Shown: piece by piece, positions 24,026 to 36,970 of the stretch
Layout: each line of letters opens with the position of its first letter
Numbering within the stretch: position 1 is the stretch's first letter
Origin: Macrostomum hystrix
Taxonomy: Eukaryota > Animalia > Platyhelminthes
Assembly (NCBI GenBank): GCA_950097015.1
Contig: CATNEN010000024.1
Location: 372,001-436,000 of the forward strand
DNA: 64,000 bases
Direction of reading: 5' to 3'
Notes under the pieces: model-generated
Told to the model about the DNA's origin: nothing
The model's database searches: none
Seen by the model: the letters and a program-made list of their open reading frames with translations, nothing else
Translations under genes and position numbers: made by a program

Positions 24026-27014
24026 ATGTCGTCTCGCCTGACCCGCTTTATCACATCTTTAACCGGGGGCCGGCCGCCTCCGCTGCACGGCCCGCCCGCT
24101 AGCGTCGGCTCCGTCGGCACCACCGCCTCCGGCAAGCCGGCTCTTGCCTCTGACGTCCACCGTCGCCAATCGCCGCTGTTGCACACTCCTCTGACGTCAA
24201 CTCCTGAAGGCTTCAGCTGGCAACAAGCGGCGAAGGGTGTAGACGGCGCTGCGACGACTGCTAATGCTGCCACGGCTGCTACGACTTCTGCCAGCTGCAA
24301 CGAAAGCGTCAAAATTGGTCGCCTATCGAATGGCCTGACTGTGGCTTCAATGGATCGAATGGGCACCGGCTGTACAGTCGGTGTTGTAATCAACGCGGGG
24401 CCTAGGTTTCAGGTAAGCATAGTCGGCTGCTCTCGTCTTTCTACAGTTTTAGCAGGATTATTGTAAATCGATATTGGGGTGTAAGTGTCTATCGACTCCA
24501 CTGCACTACACGGCTAAACATAGTGTACATTTGGAGTTGGGTTGGCTAGAAGTGATTGTACATTGGTAGTGGGGTTGGCTAGAAGTGATTGTACATTGGT
24601 AGTGGGGTTGGCTAGAAGCACGTGTACATTAGGAGGGGGTTGGTATGAAGTGAATGTACATTTGGAGTGGGGTTGGCTAGAAGCACGTGTACATTGCGTG
24701 AGGACAGTTTGGGAATGCGCAATTCTTCGGGAGCTATTGATTTTTAAAAGCTGTAATTGCTAAAACTTGTGAATTCTGTAGATATAATTTAGGTCTTAAT
24801 ATACGAGTAATATAACCTACGATATGTCCCAATGTACTATTGTACTCTACTTGTGGCCCAACCCGACTATGTTAGACCTATTTTATTTTATTTCTAAAAT
24901 GGAAGAAATATTTAAGGAATATAATTAGAGAATGCGAGGATAACCTTGAGATTCAGAATCCTAGAGCTGTCACGTGACCTTATCGGTACAAAAATAAAAA
25001 TTAAAAACAAATATTTCTGCCAGGCCGGCTTCACTAAAGGCGTCTCCCACCTAGTTGAAAAGATGTCATTCGGTTCTACTCAAGCATTTCCAAACAGAGA
25101 AGCTCTGCTTAGCGAAATTGAACAATGTGGCGGTATATTCGACACGCAGAGTAGCAAAGATGCCACTATCTACGCTATGAGCGCCAATCCTTTGCACCTG
25201 GATCGGCTGGTATCCGCCCTGGCCCAGGTAGCCTGTCGGGCTCGCTACGACTCGTCTGAGGTGGACGCAGCCAAGGAAAAAGTCCGCTTCGATTGGGAAG
25301 CAATGGAGATGAGCGCTAGTCCAGAGCCAATCTTAACCGATCTGTTATATAGCGCCGCTTATCAGTCTAATACACTGGGTTTCCCCAAATACTGCCCATT
25401 GGAGAATCTAGACACTATTGATAGGTCAGAGGTGTTGCGCTATTTGGCTACTTATTATCGACCGGAGCGTATGATATTGTGCGGAGTTGGCGTGCCACAC
25501 GAGCCGCTGATGCGTGCAGCCGAGAATTACTTTGCCGCACCGCCAGACTGGCAGTCAGCTGCTGCGCCACTGCTGCCAGATAATTCTGTGGCTCAGTACA
25601 CTGGCGGCGAGTCCCGCATTGAGAAGCCTCATTCCCAGATGCATTCCGCTCTGCAATTGCCCGAGCTAATTCACATCGGCTTGGGTCTGGAATCCTGTTC
25701 ACTGTCCGATGCCGGCTTTGTCGCCTCCTGCGTGCTCAACATGATGATGGGCGGCGGAGGCAGCTTCAGCGCCGGCGGACCTGGCAAGGGCATGTACACC
25801 AGACTGTTCACCCGGGTGTTGAATAGGCACTATTGGGTAAATAGCGCTCAGGCTAGCAATCAGGCTTACGCTGACACTGGCCTATTTTCTATTCAGGCCA
25901 GCGCTCCGCCGCAGCAGTCTCGCGACCTGTGCCAGGTGAGAATCCTGATTAGCAGGCCTGTTTAGTTTCCCATAATTATTATTTCTATCTCGTCTATCTC
26001 GTCCCCTTTAATTCTGATTGGTCAGTCTAAGATCTAGTATCATTTTACTCTGATTGGCCAGTCTATATTTTAATCGGTCAGCCTGTCTAGTCTCATTTTT
26101 GTTCTGATTAGCCGGCCTATCTTGTCTCTAATTGGTCAACCTGTCTAGTCTTATTTTTGTTCTGATTGGCCGACCTATCTTGTCTCTAATTGCTCAACCT
26201 GTCTAGTCTTATTTTTTTTCTGATTGGCCGGCCTATCTTGTCTCTAATTGGTCAACCTGTCTAGTCTCAGTTTTGTCCTGATTGGCCGGCCTATCTTGTC
26301 TCTAATTGGTCAACCTGTCTAGTCTCAGTTTTGTCCTGATTGGCCGGCCTATCTTGTCTCTAATTGGTCAACCTGTCTACTCTCAGTTTTGTCCTGATTG
26401 GCCGGCCTATTTAGTATTTAATCGGTCAACCTGACTAGTCTCAATTTCGTTCTGATTGGCCAGTCTATCTAGTCCTCAGATTTTTTGTCTATTTGCGATC
26501 TAGTTTGCATTTGCTGTCTATATGATAAACAATGTCTCGCTGTTTACCAATATATGCAATGCAATTTAAAGTCGAAACTAATTTGGCTTTTTTATCACGT
26601 GACAATCGCTAATGAGCCAAAAAAATTCCACCCTAATTAAACAAGGTCATTGTGCGCGAATTGCACGCCATGTCTGAACGACTACCGCACGATCAGGTGC
26701 AGCGAGCTAAAAAACAGCTGCAATCAATGCTATTAATGAATCTAGAGATGCGCCCAGTTGTGTTTGAAGACGTTGGCAGACAGATTTTATCGTCCGGTGA
26801 GCGCAAACCGCCCAAGTATTGGACAGAACAGATTGAACTGGTTGACGAGATTAAACTGCGCGATTTTGCTAAACGCATGCTACTTAGCAGGCCTAGCTAT
26901 GTTGCATACGGTCCACAATTGAACTTGGCGCCCTCCTACAGCCAGGTGTTGGAGTGGATGGCCGACAGTGCGGCTCTGCGTTCGTCTCCGTCTGTATACA
27001 CTAGGATTAAATGA
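24026..27014 (+). CDS. PMPCA: Mitochondrial processing peptidase alpha subunit
   Basis: Exons 24026-24412, 25024-25935, 26646-27014, all phase 0. LSNGLTVAS; inactive HLVEK in place of HxxEH; glycine-rich loop MMGGGGSFSAGGPGKGMYTRL; AKKQLQSMLLMNLE; VVFEDVGRQIL. Confidence 0.96.
24523..24695. repeat. 33-bp minisatellite in PMPCA intron 1, inverted relative to 23555-23830
   Basis: GGGGTTGGCTAGAAGCACGTGTACATT is the reverse complement of AATGTACACGTGCTTCTAGCCAAC at ~23591. Confidence 0.9.
26020..26470. repeat. 58-bp (2x29) minisatellite in PMPCA intron 2, carrying CTGATTGG
   Basis: TGATTGGCCGGCCTATCTTGTCTCTAATTGGTCAACC... recurs with a 58-bp period (e.g. 26221, 26279). Confidence 0.9.
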
Positions 27015-27189
27015 CAGTCTGATGGCTTGTTTTGTTGAACACATGTTCTTTGCTTGGGAAAAAATAATTTGGGACCCCCTTTTAGTCAACAATGTTTTGG
27101 TGCAAAATTTATCAGTATTCCGCTTAACAACACTATTCTGTGTTAATGAAACCTTCTTTCTACATTGCTTGAGTGTTTAGAGCTACCCC

Positions 27190-28635
27190 CTAACCAGTCC
27201 AATTCTTCATGAGATTGATAGACCAGCCATTAACCCCAGTCCAGTTCTTCATGAGATTGATAGACCAGCCATTAACCCCAGTCCAGTTCTTCATGAGATT
27301 GATAGACCAGCCATTAACACCAGTCCAGTTCTTCATGAGATTGATAGACCAGCCATTAACCCCAGTCCAGTTCTTCAGGAGATTGATAGACCAGCCATTA
27401 ACACCAGTCCAGTTCTTCAGGAGATTGATAGACCAGCCATTAACACCAGTCCAGTTCTTCAGGAGATTGATAGACCAGCCATTAACCCCAGTCCAGTTCT
27501 TCAGGAGATTGATAGACCAGCCATTAACCCTCAGTCCAATTCTTCTTGAGATTGATAGACCAGCCATTAACCCCAGTCCAATTCTTCATGAGATTGATAG
27601 ACCAGCCATTAACCCCAGTCCAGTTCTTCAGGAGATTGATAGACCAGCCATTAACCCCAGTCCAATTCTTCATGAGATTGATAGACCAGCCATTAACCCC
27701 AGTCCAGTTCTTCATGAGATTGATAGACCAGCCATTAACCCTCAGTCCAATTCTTCTTGAGATTGATAGGCCAGCCATTAACCCCAGTCCAATTCTTCAT
27801 GAGATTGATAGACCAGCCATTAACCCCAGTCCAGTTCTTCATGAGATTGATAGACCAGCCATTAACCCTCAGTCCAATTCTTCTTGAGATTGATAGACCA
27901 GCCATTAACCCCAGTCCAATTCTTCATGAGATTGATAGACCAGCCATTAACCCCAGTCCAGTTCTTCTTGAGATTGATAGACCAGCCATTAACCCCAGTC
28001 CAATTCTTCATGAGATTGATAGACCAGCCATTAACCCTCAGTCCAATTCTTCTTGAGATTGATAGACCAGCCATTAACCCCAGTCCAATTCTTCATGAGA
28101 TTGATAGACCAGCCATTAACCCCAGTCCAGTTCTTCAGGAGATTGATAGGCCAGCCATTAACCCCAGTCCAATTCTTCATGAGATTGATAGACCAGCCAT
28201 TAACCCCAGTCCAGTTCTTCAGGAGATTGATAGACCAGCCATTAACCCCAGTCCAATTCTTCATGAGATTGATAGACCAGCCATTAACCCCAGTCCAGTT
28301 CTTCATGAGATTGATAGACCAGCCATTAACCCTCAGTCCAATTCTTCTTGAGATTGATAGGCCAGCCATTAACCCCAGTCCAATTCTTCATGAGATTGAT
28401 AGACCAGCCATTAACCCCAGTCCAGTTCTTCATGAGATTGATAGACCAGCCATTAACCCTCAGTCCAATTCTTCTTGAGATTGATAGACCAGCCATTAAC
28501 ACCAGTCCAGTTCTTCATGAGATTGATAGACCAGCCATTAACACCAGTCCAGTTCTTCATGAGATTGATAGACCAGCCATTAACCCTCAGTCCAATTCTT
28601 CTTGAGATTGATAGACCAGCCATTAACCCCAGTCC
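27190..28635. repeat. 42-bp tandem repeat, ~34 copies, with interspersed 43-bp variant units
   Basis: CCAGTCCAGTTCTTCATGAGATTGATAGACCAGCCATTAACC. The listed ORFs here are repeat artefacts. Confidence 0.97.
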
Positions 28636-29161
28636 AGGCCTTGGTTAGATAGATAAGTAAATAGACACTTGCCAGAAGGTGAAAGCACGTCAAGTACTTT
28701 ATTGATTGTATGAATAGGATACTTTGGCATAGGAAAACTGTGTTAGTTTGAAGAATTATCTGTTAAATATAGGACTATAATGCTTTGTATTAGTACTTAG
28801 TTACATCTATATGCTTTTTTATACAGTAAGTGCAGCTTGGGCATCTGTTTTTGATTATTCGACTTTTGGTGTTGCAAAGCTGTGCGGGCCGACCCGGTCA
28901 CTTCACACCAGTTATAAGCCCTAAGAACATTCAGTTTATTTCCTATATCTGAAAACTGATCTGCCTACATATTGCTTTTAGAATAATTGTCAACTGAACT
29001 CGACTGCAGCCGTCTGTGCAGACATCTCTATTGCATGCTAAAAACAACAAAAGTACATTCTTGCGCTGAATTGAATATCAAAAGCGGTTTTTTGGAAATT
29101 TAACTGCGAAGGTAGTCTTTCATTGTTTGACTCTATTTGAGCTCATATGTGAACTAGTCTA

Positions 29162-29425
29162 GGGGTTGTAGCCTAGTGGTTAGAGCGGCAGACTAACGAC
29201 TTGAAGGTCGGGGGTTCGATTCCAGACTCTACTGAAACATTTTGTGTACATTAGCAAGAAACTTTACTTAGCGCTGCTTCAGTTCACCCAGCTGTTTTAA
29301 TGCGCGCCAGCATCAGCTGGGGTAGTAATTGAGGGCGGTTGTGGCACCAACCACAGTCCATGGACAGTCGTATGCAGCCTTCAGATGTGCCGCGCAATAG
29401 CTGCAGCTGTATTAATTTTATTAAT
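29162..29425 (+). mobile_element. SINE family A, full copy
   Basis: GGGGTTGTAGCCTAGTGGTTAGAGCG...GGTTCGATTCC...CTTCAGTTCACCCAGCTG...(ATT)n tail. Confidence 0.85.
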
Positions 29426-29673
29426 TATTATTATTATTATTATAGGTTTTATAAAATTTATATAGACTACACAATTGTAGCATTGTTTTACCTTTTTCAG
29501 CAGACAACAATAAAGGTGATTGGTCTGTTCCGCTTCTTTTCGGCATTAAAAGAAGAAAATCAATCGATAAATCAATCGATAATCTTTTAATCAGCTTTGG
29601 CCAAAGGTTTATCAAAGGTTTAATATAGGCTTCAGTGTTGTTTGAGCGGCACACGACATGGCGCGTGTCGTCG

Positions 29674-32600
29674 ATGTCGGGGGCAGCGGCGGCACTTCAG
29701 CAACGTCCATCCCGTCAGTGGCATCGCGCTCAAGCATCGAGTCTCGCCTGTTGGCTGCGGAGCTCAGTGGTAGCGGCGAACCAGACTGGCCACAATCGGG
29801 ACATCAGTCCGGCCACCCGCAGCCGGCGCGGTAGATCGGCTACGGATCCGGACACCAGGCTGGAGGTGTTCGAAAATCACTGGGATCAGGTGCGCCAGGT
29901 GATGGATGCAACTAGAGGCCGGGCTATCACCGGCGACGATGTTGAACCAGTGGTGCACTATGTCGACCAGATGCTGTCGCTACTCATTGAAGAACGCCCG
30001 CCTGCCGGCTCGACCAGCGACGCTCCGTCGGCTAGCCAGCAGGCCGGCCAGATACTGGCCTGCGCTGAACGCGAGCGAGTCTTTGAGCTGCTGCTCACCT
30101 GGTCTAGCCGGGCTAGCGGCAGAGTGTCTTGAGCGCTTGAAGCTTGAGCAATTGAAACAATACGAACTGCTCATTGGACAGTGCCGCCAGTCTGTTGTTG
30201 GCAGGGTGTCGGTAAGTTTAGCAGATTCAATGTTTGTTGTGATTAGTTTTAGTCGCCGAGCAGTTACGAGAGAAGGCTAAACAGTAGAAGGATGACGCTA
30301 TTCCCCCCCCTGGGTGAAAGAACTAACATAGCTCTGTGTTTAACTCTATTGCGAATCCATAGTGGTTATATAATAATATGAGCAATATACTCAATACAAT
30401 ATAATCAACAATAATAGCCTACATGGTTGATTATTTTGCCACCAGACACACCCCGACGAGAATCGTCGAGACTACACTAGGGGCCAACCACCAAGGCAAA
30501 CTGAGAGTTTGCGCACCCACTATATTGTTGAACAAATGACTCGTTTCTCAATAAAAACCCGCCTCCCTTGTTACCTGGCCAGATTCTGCGCCCATTGCTA
30601 CGCCTAGTCCAGTCCTGCTGCAGCGCGGGCTCCTCCAGGGCTGTTGAAAGCAGCGTTGTACTAATCCTGCACCAGCTATGTGTTGTACTAAATCGATCAC
30701 CGAATCTCTTAGACGCCTGTCTTGAAGTTGGCCGCGCCGAGGCCGGCTCCCAGTTCCTTGTGTTCAGTCTGCTGGTGCCGTACGTTCATCGCGAGGCCAG
30801 CATCGGGCAGCACGCCAGGGACGCCCTACTGCTAGTGATGGCCCTGTCGGCACGAAATCACGAGGTTGGCCGATTCATAGCCTTCTCGTCCGACTTCTGC
30901 CCGGTGCTTGCCACTGGACTTAGCGGCCTATATTCGTCATTGCCGCGTCGGCTGCCAGTTGACTCGGACGACTGGTGCCAATTGACCAAGGCGGATTGGC
31001 TGCGAATACCGGATCTGGCGCAGTTTCTCAATTCTTTAGAATTTTGTAATGTTGTTGTGGAATTGGCGCATCCTTTGGTTCGTGATCAGCTGTTGCATTT
31101 CATCTATTCGGGCTTTCTTAAGCCTGTCCTAGGCGCCGCACTGCACCAGAGCTCCATGGACGAAGTCACGGCTGCTACCGCCTATCTGGAGCTCTTCATT
31201 CGGCGTGTCAGCGAGCCGGCCCTGCTTAGAGTGCTGGTGCACTTTGTACTATTGGATTACTATGACGATTATAATATACTGGAGTCTCTAATTGGTCGAA
31301 TCAAGTTCTCCAATAGTTTACTGGGTGTCGTCACAATGTCCCTGTTTAGGTACGGGCATCTTTTTGTATCGCTTTGCGGGAAATCAAGGAGCAATACATT
31401 AAGTAGACGAGCAGATACATTCTATACAGTCTGTTCAGTTGGGATTGGAATGTTATAGACTGTTCAGTTGGGATTGGAATGTTATAGTCTGTTCAGTTGG
31501 GATTGGAATGATGTCGTCTGTTCAGTTGGGATTGGAATGTTATAGTCTGTTCAGTTGGGATTGGAATGATGTCGTCTGTTCAGTTGGGATTGGAATGTTA
31601 TAGTCTGTTCAGTTGGGATTGGAATGATGTAGTCTGTTCAGTTGGGATTGGAATGATGTAGTCTGTTCAGTTGGGATTGGAATGTTATAGTCTGTTCAGT
31701 TGGGATTGGAATGATGTAGTCTGTTCAGTTGGGATTGGAATGATGTAGTCTGTTCAGTTGGGATTGGAATGATATAGTCTGTTCAGTTGGGATTGGAATG
31801 ATGTAGTCTGTTCAGTTGGGATTGGAATGTTATAGTCTGTTCAGTTGGGATTGGAATGATATAGTCTGTTCAGTTGGGATTGGAATGTTATAGTCTGTTC
31901 AGTTGGGATTGGAATGTTATAGTCTGTTCAGTTGGGATTGGAATTATATAGTCTGTTCAGTTGGGATTGGAATGTTATAGTCTGTTCAGTTGGGATTGGA
32001 ATGATATAGTCTGTTCAGTTGGGATTGGAATGATATAGTCTGTTCAGTTGGGATTGGAATGATGTAGTCTGTTCAGTTGGGATTGGAATGTTATAGTCTG
32101 TTCAGTTGGGATTGGAATGATGTAGTCTGTTCAGTTGGGATTGGAATGTTATAGACTGTTCAGTTGGGATTGGAATGTTATAGTCTGTTCAGTTGGGATT
32201 GGAATGATGTCGTCTGTTCAGTTGGGATTGGAATGTTATAGTCTGTTCAGTTGGGATTGGAATGATGTCGTCTGTTCAGTTGGGATTGGAATGATGTAGT
32301 CTGTTCAGTTGGGATTGGAATGATGTAGTCTGTTCAGTTGGGATTGGAATGATGTAGTCTGTTCAGTTGGGATTGGAATGTTATAGTCTGTTCAGTTGGG
32401 ATTGGAATGATATAGACTGTTCAGTTGGGATTGGAATGATGTAGTCTGTTCAGTTGGGATTGGAATGATGTAGTCTGTTCAGTTGGGATTGGAATGTTAT
32501 AGTCTGTTCAGTTGGGACTGGAGGCTGTGCCACTGGCTGTACACCTGGTCCAACTGGGCTAGGTCTAATTTCAATCTATCTGATTGGATGATTTTTCCCA

Positions 32601-35170
32601 TTCCCAGGACACTGCTCAGCTTGCACATCGAGGACGTGCACTACCAGCTGCTCTACCGCTACTTGATCCCGTGCCAGCATCTCATGCTCAGCCAGCGTCG
32701 TTGTCTTCGTGACGTCGAGCCATACGCGCGCGCCGCCGACAAGTTCGCCTCATTGATGCCGTCCTGCTGCGTGCAGGACATTGCCGAGGAGGCCGCCAAC
32801 AGCTCGTCGGCGTCGGTGGCATCTCGTCTACGCGCCTACGAGTCGGCGCCAGCTGAATATCTACGCGACGCGGCCGAACGAATCGTTGAACGAACCGTCG
32901 CCTCCAGGCGTTGGGCGTTTCGCTACGACGGCGTCGACCCTCCCATTGACGTCTTCGAAGGCGGCGCTGATGCAGGGGCTTCCTCCGCCCTATTGGCGAC
33001 TGTCAACGCGGCGCCACTAACAGAGATTCAAAGCGCGTTCCGAAGAATGCAAGCTCCTACAGCGGCTGCAGCTGGCGTCCTGCCCGACGATGCGATTGGC
33101 TACGATGCGGCGGAGGATGACACCGACGAGCTGGCGTTATCGGCCAGGTTGTTCGACTCGTCGATCTCTTCTACTGGCGGCGAAGGCGCCGTTATTGATC
33201 GCCGATTGTCGTCTTCCTTTTCGCTGGTCAATAGCAGCTTTCAGCAACAGCAGCAACAGCAACAAAGACAGACAAAAAAGCCGGCAATAGCCGCAGCCAC
33301 AACTCGGCCGTACAAAGACTCATCGGCGCATGTTCAGTCCATGTACACGCTGAGCTTTCTGGACACCATCGATTCCGGATTAGATAGCAGCGCAGGCGGC
33401 AGCGGAGCTGCATCGGCGTCTGTGGCCGCTGCCACAGCAGCTTCTAAAACAGCTGATGCTGAAGATGAAGAATATAACATGGAGGGCTCAGGCGAGGGTG
33501 CCTCCACAAGGGCGGTTGCTAATAATTGTAAGTAGATTTATATTCTGGTTTTAAGATCCAAAATTATTATCTGACATCCTCAACCGTTGCTACGCTGACA
33601 CCGCAGGCAGCAACGATTCGGCTATCGATCTGCGCGGCTTGATTAGCCAGTCGCTTGATCAGCTGCCAGACGATTTTAGCAGTTTTTTAACTCTGCTGGA
33701 TTCACTGCCGGCCTCTGCAATAGCTGTCAGCGACTCCGGCGGCAATGGCATCAGCAGCAGCAGCAGCAGCAGTGGCATCGAGTCCAGCGTTATAAGCCTA
33801 GAAGCGGCTCTGTCTGAGGCCGGCCTACTGCTGGCCGCGTCTGCCCCCGAAGGCGGTCCGCCTCGGCCGCCGCTTCGCCAAGCTTCCAACATGTCCGCCG
33901 CCGCACTTTCCGATTCTGGTCGATTTGATGATCCACACGCGACTACTAGTTCTGCGGCGACTCCCTCGGCGTCGGCAATGTCGCAAGCGTCGATTTTGAC
34001 AACCGGCGTGTTATTGCCGCTGCCGCAGCCGCCTGGGCTTGAGTTCCTACAGATGCCGCCTAGGCCGCATCCGTCGGCCCGCCCGCCGGCTAATAACTTT
34101 TACACAATTGGCCCATTCCTAACGGCCCTATTAGACAAAGTTGAAACAATGCCAGCTAATTCTTTGTACGTTAATCTGCTGCTAACAAATCTATTGTCGG
34201 ATTTGGCCTGCTATCCGCAGCCGCTACTCAAATCTCTGCTGCTCAACGCCGGCCTAGTATTGCAGCCGCAGGTGAGCTCTTTTTTATGTCTGTTACCCTG
34301 GTTCGTCGGGAGAGAGTAAACTTTTGTCAATCAAACGTGGATTGGTCGGGAGAGAGTAAAATGTAATCAACTCAATTCTGATTGGTCGGGAGAAAGCAGA
34401 ATGTAATCAGCAAAATTCTGATAGGTCGAGAGAGAGAGTAGAATGTAATCAGCAAAATTCTGATTGGTCGGGAGAGAGTAGAATTTAATCAGCTAAACGT
34501 TGATTGGTTGGGACAAGAAAAGCTAGATAAATTAGTTAGTGAATTCTGATTGGTTGAATCATGTCAGTTCTGAAATGCCTCAAAATATATTAAACTAACC
34601 ATCTTCACTTCTCAGGTAAAGAGTCTCTACCAGGCCTTGAACGTTGTGAAGCACCGAGTGGACTGCTTCTCCTACACGGTGGACAATTTCGACGCCCTGC
34701 TATTGGACGCCAGGCGCTTTCTACACTGGCGCGTCACACGCAGCAATCCGGAAGAGTTCGAATCGCAGCACCTGTCAGCTGCGGCCGGCAATAACCGCTC
34801 GGACAGCGTCATCGCTCTGCCCGGAGACCGGCGTCGAACTGCCACCTCCGTGACGTCATTGTCTGTGGCGTCAACTTCCGGCTCGGCCGATTGGCCAAGC
34901 TTCCAACCGCAGCCAGAAGCGGCTAAAAAGAAGTCATTCTTTGAAAGCCTGTTCTCTTCTTCTTCTAAAAGCAGCGGCGCCGCCGGTAAAGAGAATCGCA
35001 AAACATCAACTGGCGGCAGCAAGTCGACAGCTAGCGCCGCCGGCAGTCGCGATCGCCTTGGCCTTGACGGCCTAAAGACGCGCAACATGGTCTATGCGGC
35101 CGTTGTGCTAGAAGAATTCACCAAGGAGCTGTCCGCCATCTGTCGCGAGCATTCAGTTAGGCCGCTTTAA
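29674..35170 (+). CDS. FHIP1: FHF complex subunit HOOK-interacting protein 1 (FAM160A/FHIP1-like), with an apparent frameshift in exon 1
   Basis: Exons 29674-30211, 30583-31349, 32608-33527, 33607-34271, 34616-35170. Motifs DPDTRLEVFENHWDQV, IGQHARDALL, FCPVLATGLSGLYSSLP, FLNSLEFCN, YVNLLLTNLLSDLACYPQPLL, NMVYAAVVLEEFTKEL. The frame shifts at ~30105-30120. Confidence 0.9.
31425..32515. repeat. 29-bp minisatellite, ~37 copies, FHIP1 intron 2
   Basis: AGTCTGTTCAGTTGGGATTGGAATG(T/A)T(A/G)T units, followed by a SINE A 3' fragment at 32515-32575. Confidence 0.97.
34310..34560. repeat. ~40-bp minisatellite, FHIP1 intron 4
   Basis: CTGATTGGTCGGGAGAGAGTAGAATGTAATCAGCAAAATT, ~6 diverged copies. Confidence 0.85.
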
Positions 35171-35379
35171 TCATTAACAGTAGATTAATTTTTCTTCTTC
35201 ATTTATAAGTAGTATGTATAGAACATTCTCTTTTTATCCCGTTTATTTACGAAACTTTCCGGACAAAATGCCTTGTTGCATATTTTTGTGAAACAGCTGA
35301 TTTTGGGTCATGTTTCTAGTTTAGATTTAGGAATTTCTACTCTAGCTGTTTCTGTTTCTGTCTAGTAGATTAGATTCAC

Positions 35380-36970
35380 TTGGAATCCGCCCAAGATACT
35401 GACGAGACTCCTTCGGGTTCATTGAGTTGTTTCCGTCATGTGGGTCATTTTGGAATCCGCCCAAGATGCTGACGAGACTCCTTCAGGTTATTCGAGTTGT
35501 TTCCGTCATGTGGGTCATTTTGGAATCCGCCCAAGATGCTGACGAGACTCCTTCAGGTTATTCGAGTTGTTTCCGTCATGTGGGTCATTTTGGAATCCGC
35601 CCAAGATGCTGACGAGACTCCTTCAGGTTATTCGAGTTGTTTCCTGTCATGTGGGTCATTTTGGAATCCGCCCAAGATGCTGACGAGATTCCTTCAGGTT
35701 CCCTGAGTTGTTTCCGTCATGTGGGTCATTTTGGAATCCGCCCAAGATGCTGACGAGATTCCTTCAGGTTCCCTGAGTTGTTTCCGTCATGTGGGTCATT
35801 TTTGAATCCGCCCAAGATGCTGACGAGACTCCTTCAGGTTATTCGAGTTGTTTCCGTCATGTGGGTCATTTTGGAATCCGCCCAAGATGCTGACGAGACT
35901 CCTTCAGGTTATTCGAGTTGTTTCCGTCATATGGGTCATTTTGGAATCCGCCCAAGATGCTGACGAGATTCCTTCAGGTTATTCGAGTTGTTTCCGTCAT
36001 GTGGGTCATTTTGGAATCCGCCCAAGATGCTGACGAGATTCCTTCAGGTTCCCTGAGTTGTTTCCGTCATGTGGGTCATTTTGGAATCCGCCCAAGATGC
36101 TGACGAGATTCCTTCAGGTTCCCTGAGTTGTTTCCGTCATGTGGGTCATTTTGGAATCCGCCCAAGATGCTGACGAGACTCCTTCAGGTTCCCTGAGTTG
36201 TTTCCGTCATATGGGTCATTTTGGAATCCGCCCAAGATGCTGACGAGATTCCTTCAGGTTCCTTGAGTTGTTTCCGTCATATGGGTCATTTTGGAATCCG
36301 CCCAAGATGCTGACGAGATTCCTTCAGGTTATTCGAGTTGTTTCCGTCATGTGGGTCATTTTGGAATCCGCCCAAGATGCTGACGAGATTCCTTCAGGTT
36401 CCTTGAGTTGTTTCCGTCATATGGGTCATTTTGGAATCCGCCCAAGATGCTGACGAGATTCCTTCAGGTTCCTTGAGTTGTTTCCGTCATATGGGTCATT
36501 TTGGAATCCGCCCAAGATGCTGACGAGATTCCTTCAGGTTATTCGAGTTGTTTCCGTCATATGGGTCATTTTGGAATCCGCCCAAGATGCTGAAGAGATT
36601 CTTTCAGGTTCCTTGAGTTGTTTCCGTCATATGGGTCATTTTGGAATCCGCCCAAGATGCTGACGAGATTCCTTCAGGTTCCCTGAGTTGTTTCCGTCAT
36701 ATGGGTCATTTTGGAATCCGCCCAAGATGCTGACGAGATTCCTTCAGGTTCCCTGAGTTGTTTCCGTCATATGGGTCATTTTGGAATCCACCCAAGATGC
36801 TGACGAGACTCCTTCAGGATATTCGAGTTGTTTCCGTCATATGGGTCATTTTGGAATCCGCCCAAGATGCTGACGAGACTCCTTCAGGTTATTCGAGTTG
36901 TTTCCGTCATGTGGGTCATTTTGGAATCCGCCCAATATACTATCGAGACTCCTTCGGGTTCATTGAGTTG
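35380..36970. repeat. 70-bp tandem repeat, ~22 copies
   Basis: TTTCCGTCATGTGGGTCATTTTGGAATCCGCCCAAGATGCTGACGAGACTCCTTCAGGTTATTCGAGTTG with a few variant sites. Confidence 0.97.

Noticed and set aside
27190-28605. Many overlapping ORFs (RLIDQPLTPVQFF / GVNGWSINLMKNWT repeats)
   Set aside because: Translations of the 42-bp tandem repeat; open on both strands and in several frames, with no coding signature.
30450-30485. Helitron-like 3' end (CGACGA-GAA-TCGTCG hairpin, then CTAG)
   Set aside because: CTAG is followed by G rather than T, and no 5' TC end or second copy is visible.
35380-36970. 70-bp repeat as a hammerhead ribozyme array (CTGACGA followed by hairpin ACTC/GAGT, then GTC)
   Set aside because: The required GAAA after stem II is GTTT, and stems I and III do not pair properly. 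An Infernal search with Rfam hammerhead models would settle it.
31425-36970. 29-bp and 70-bp arrays as CRISPR arrays
   Set aside because: Units are head-to-tail without unique spacers, the context is eukaryotic, and there are no cas genes.
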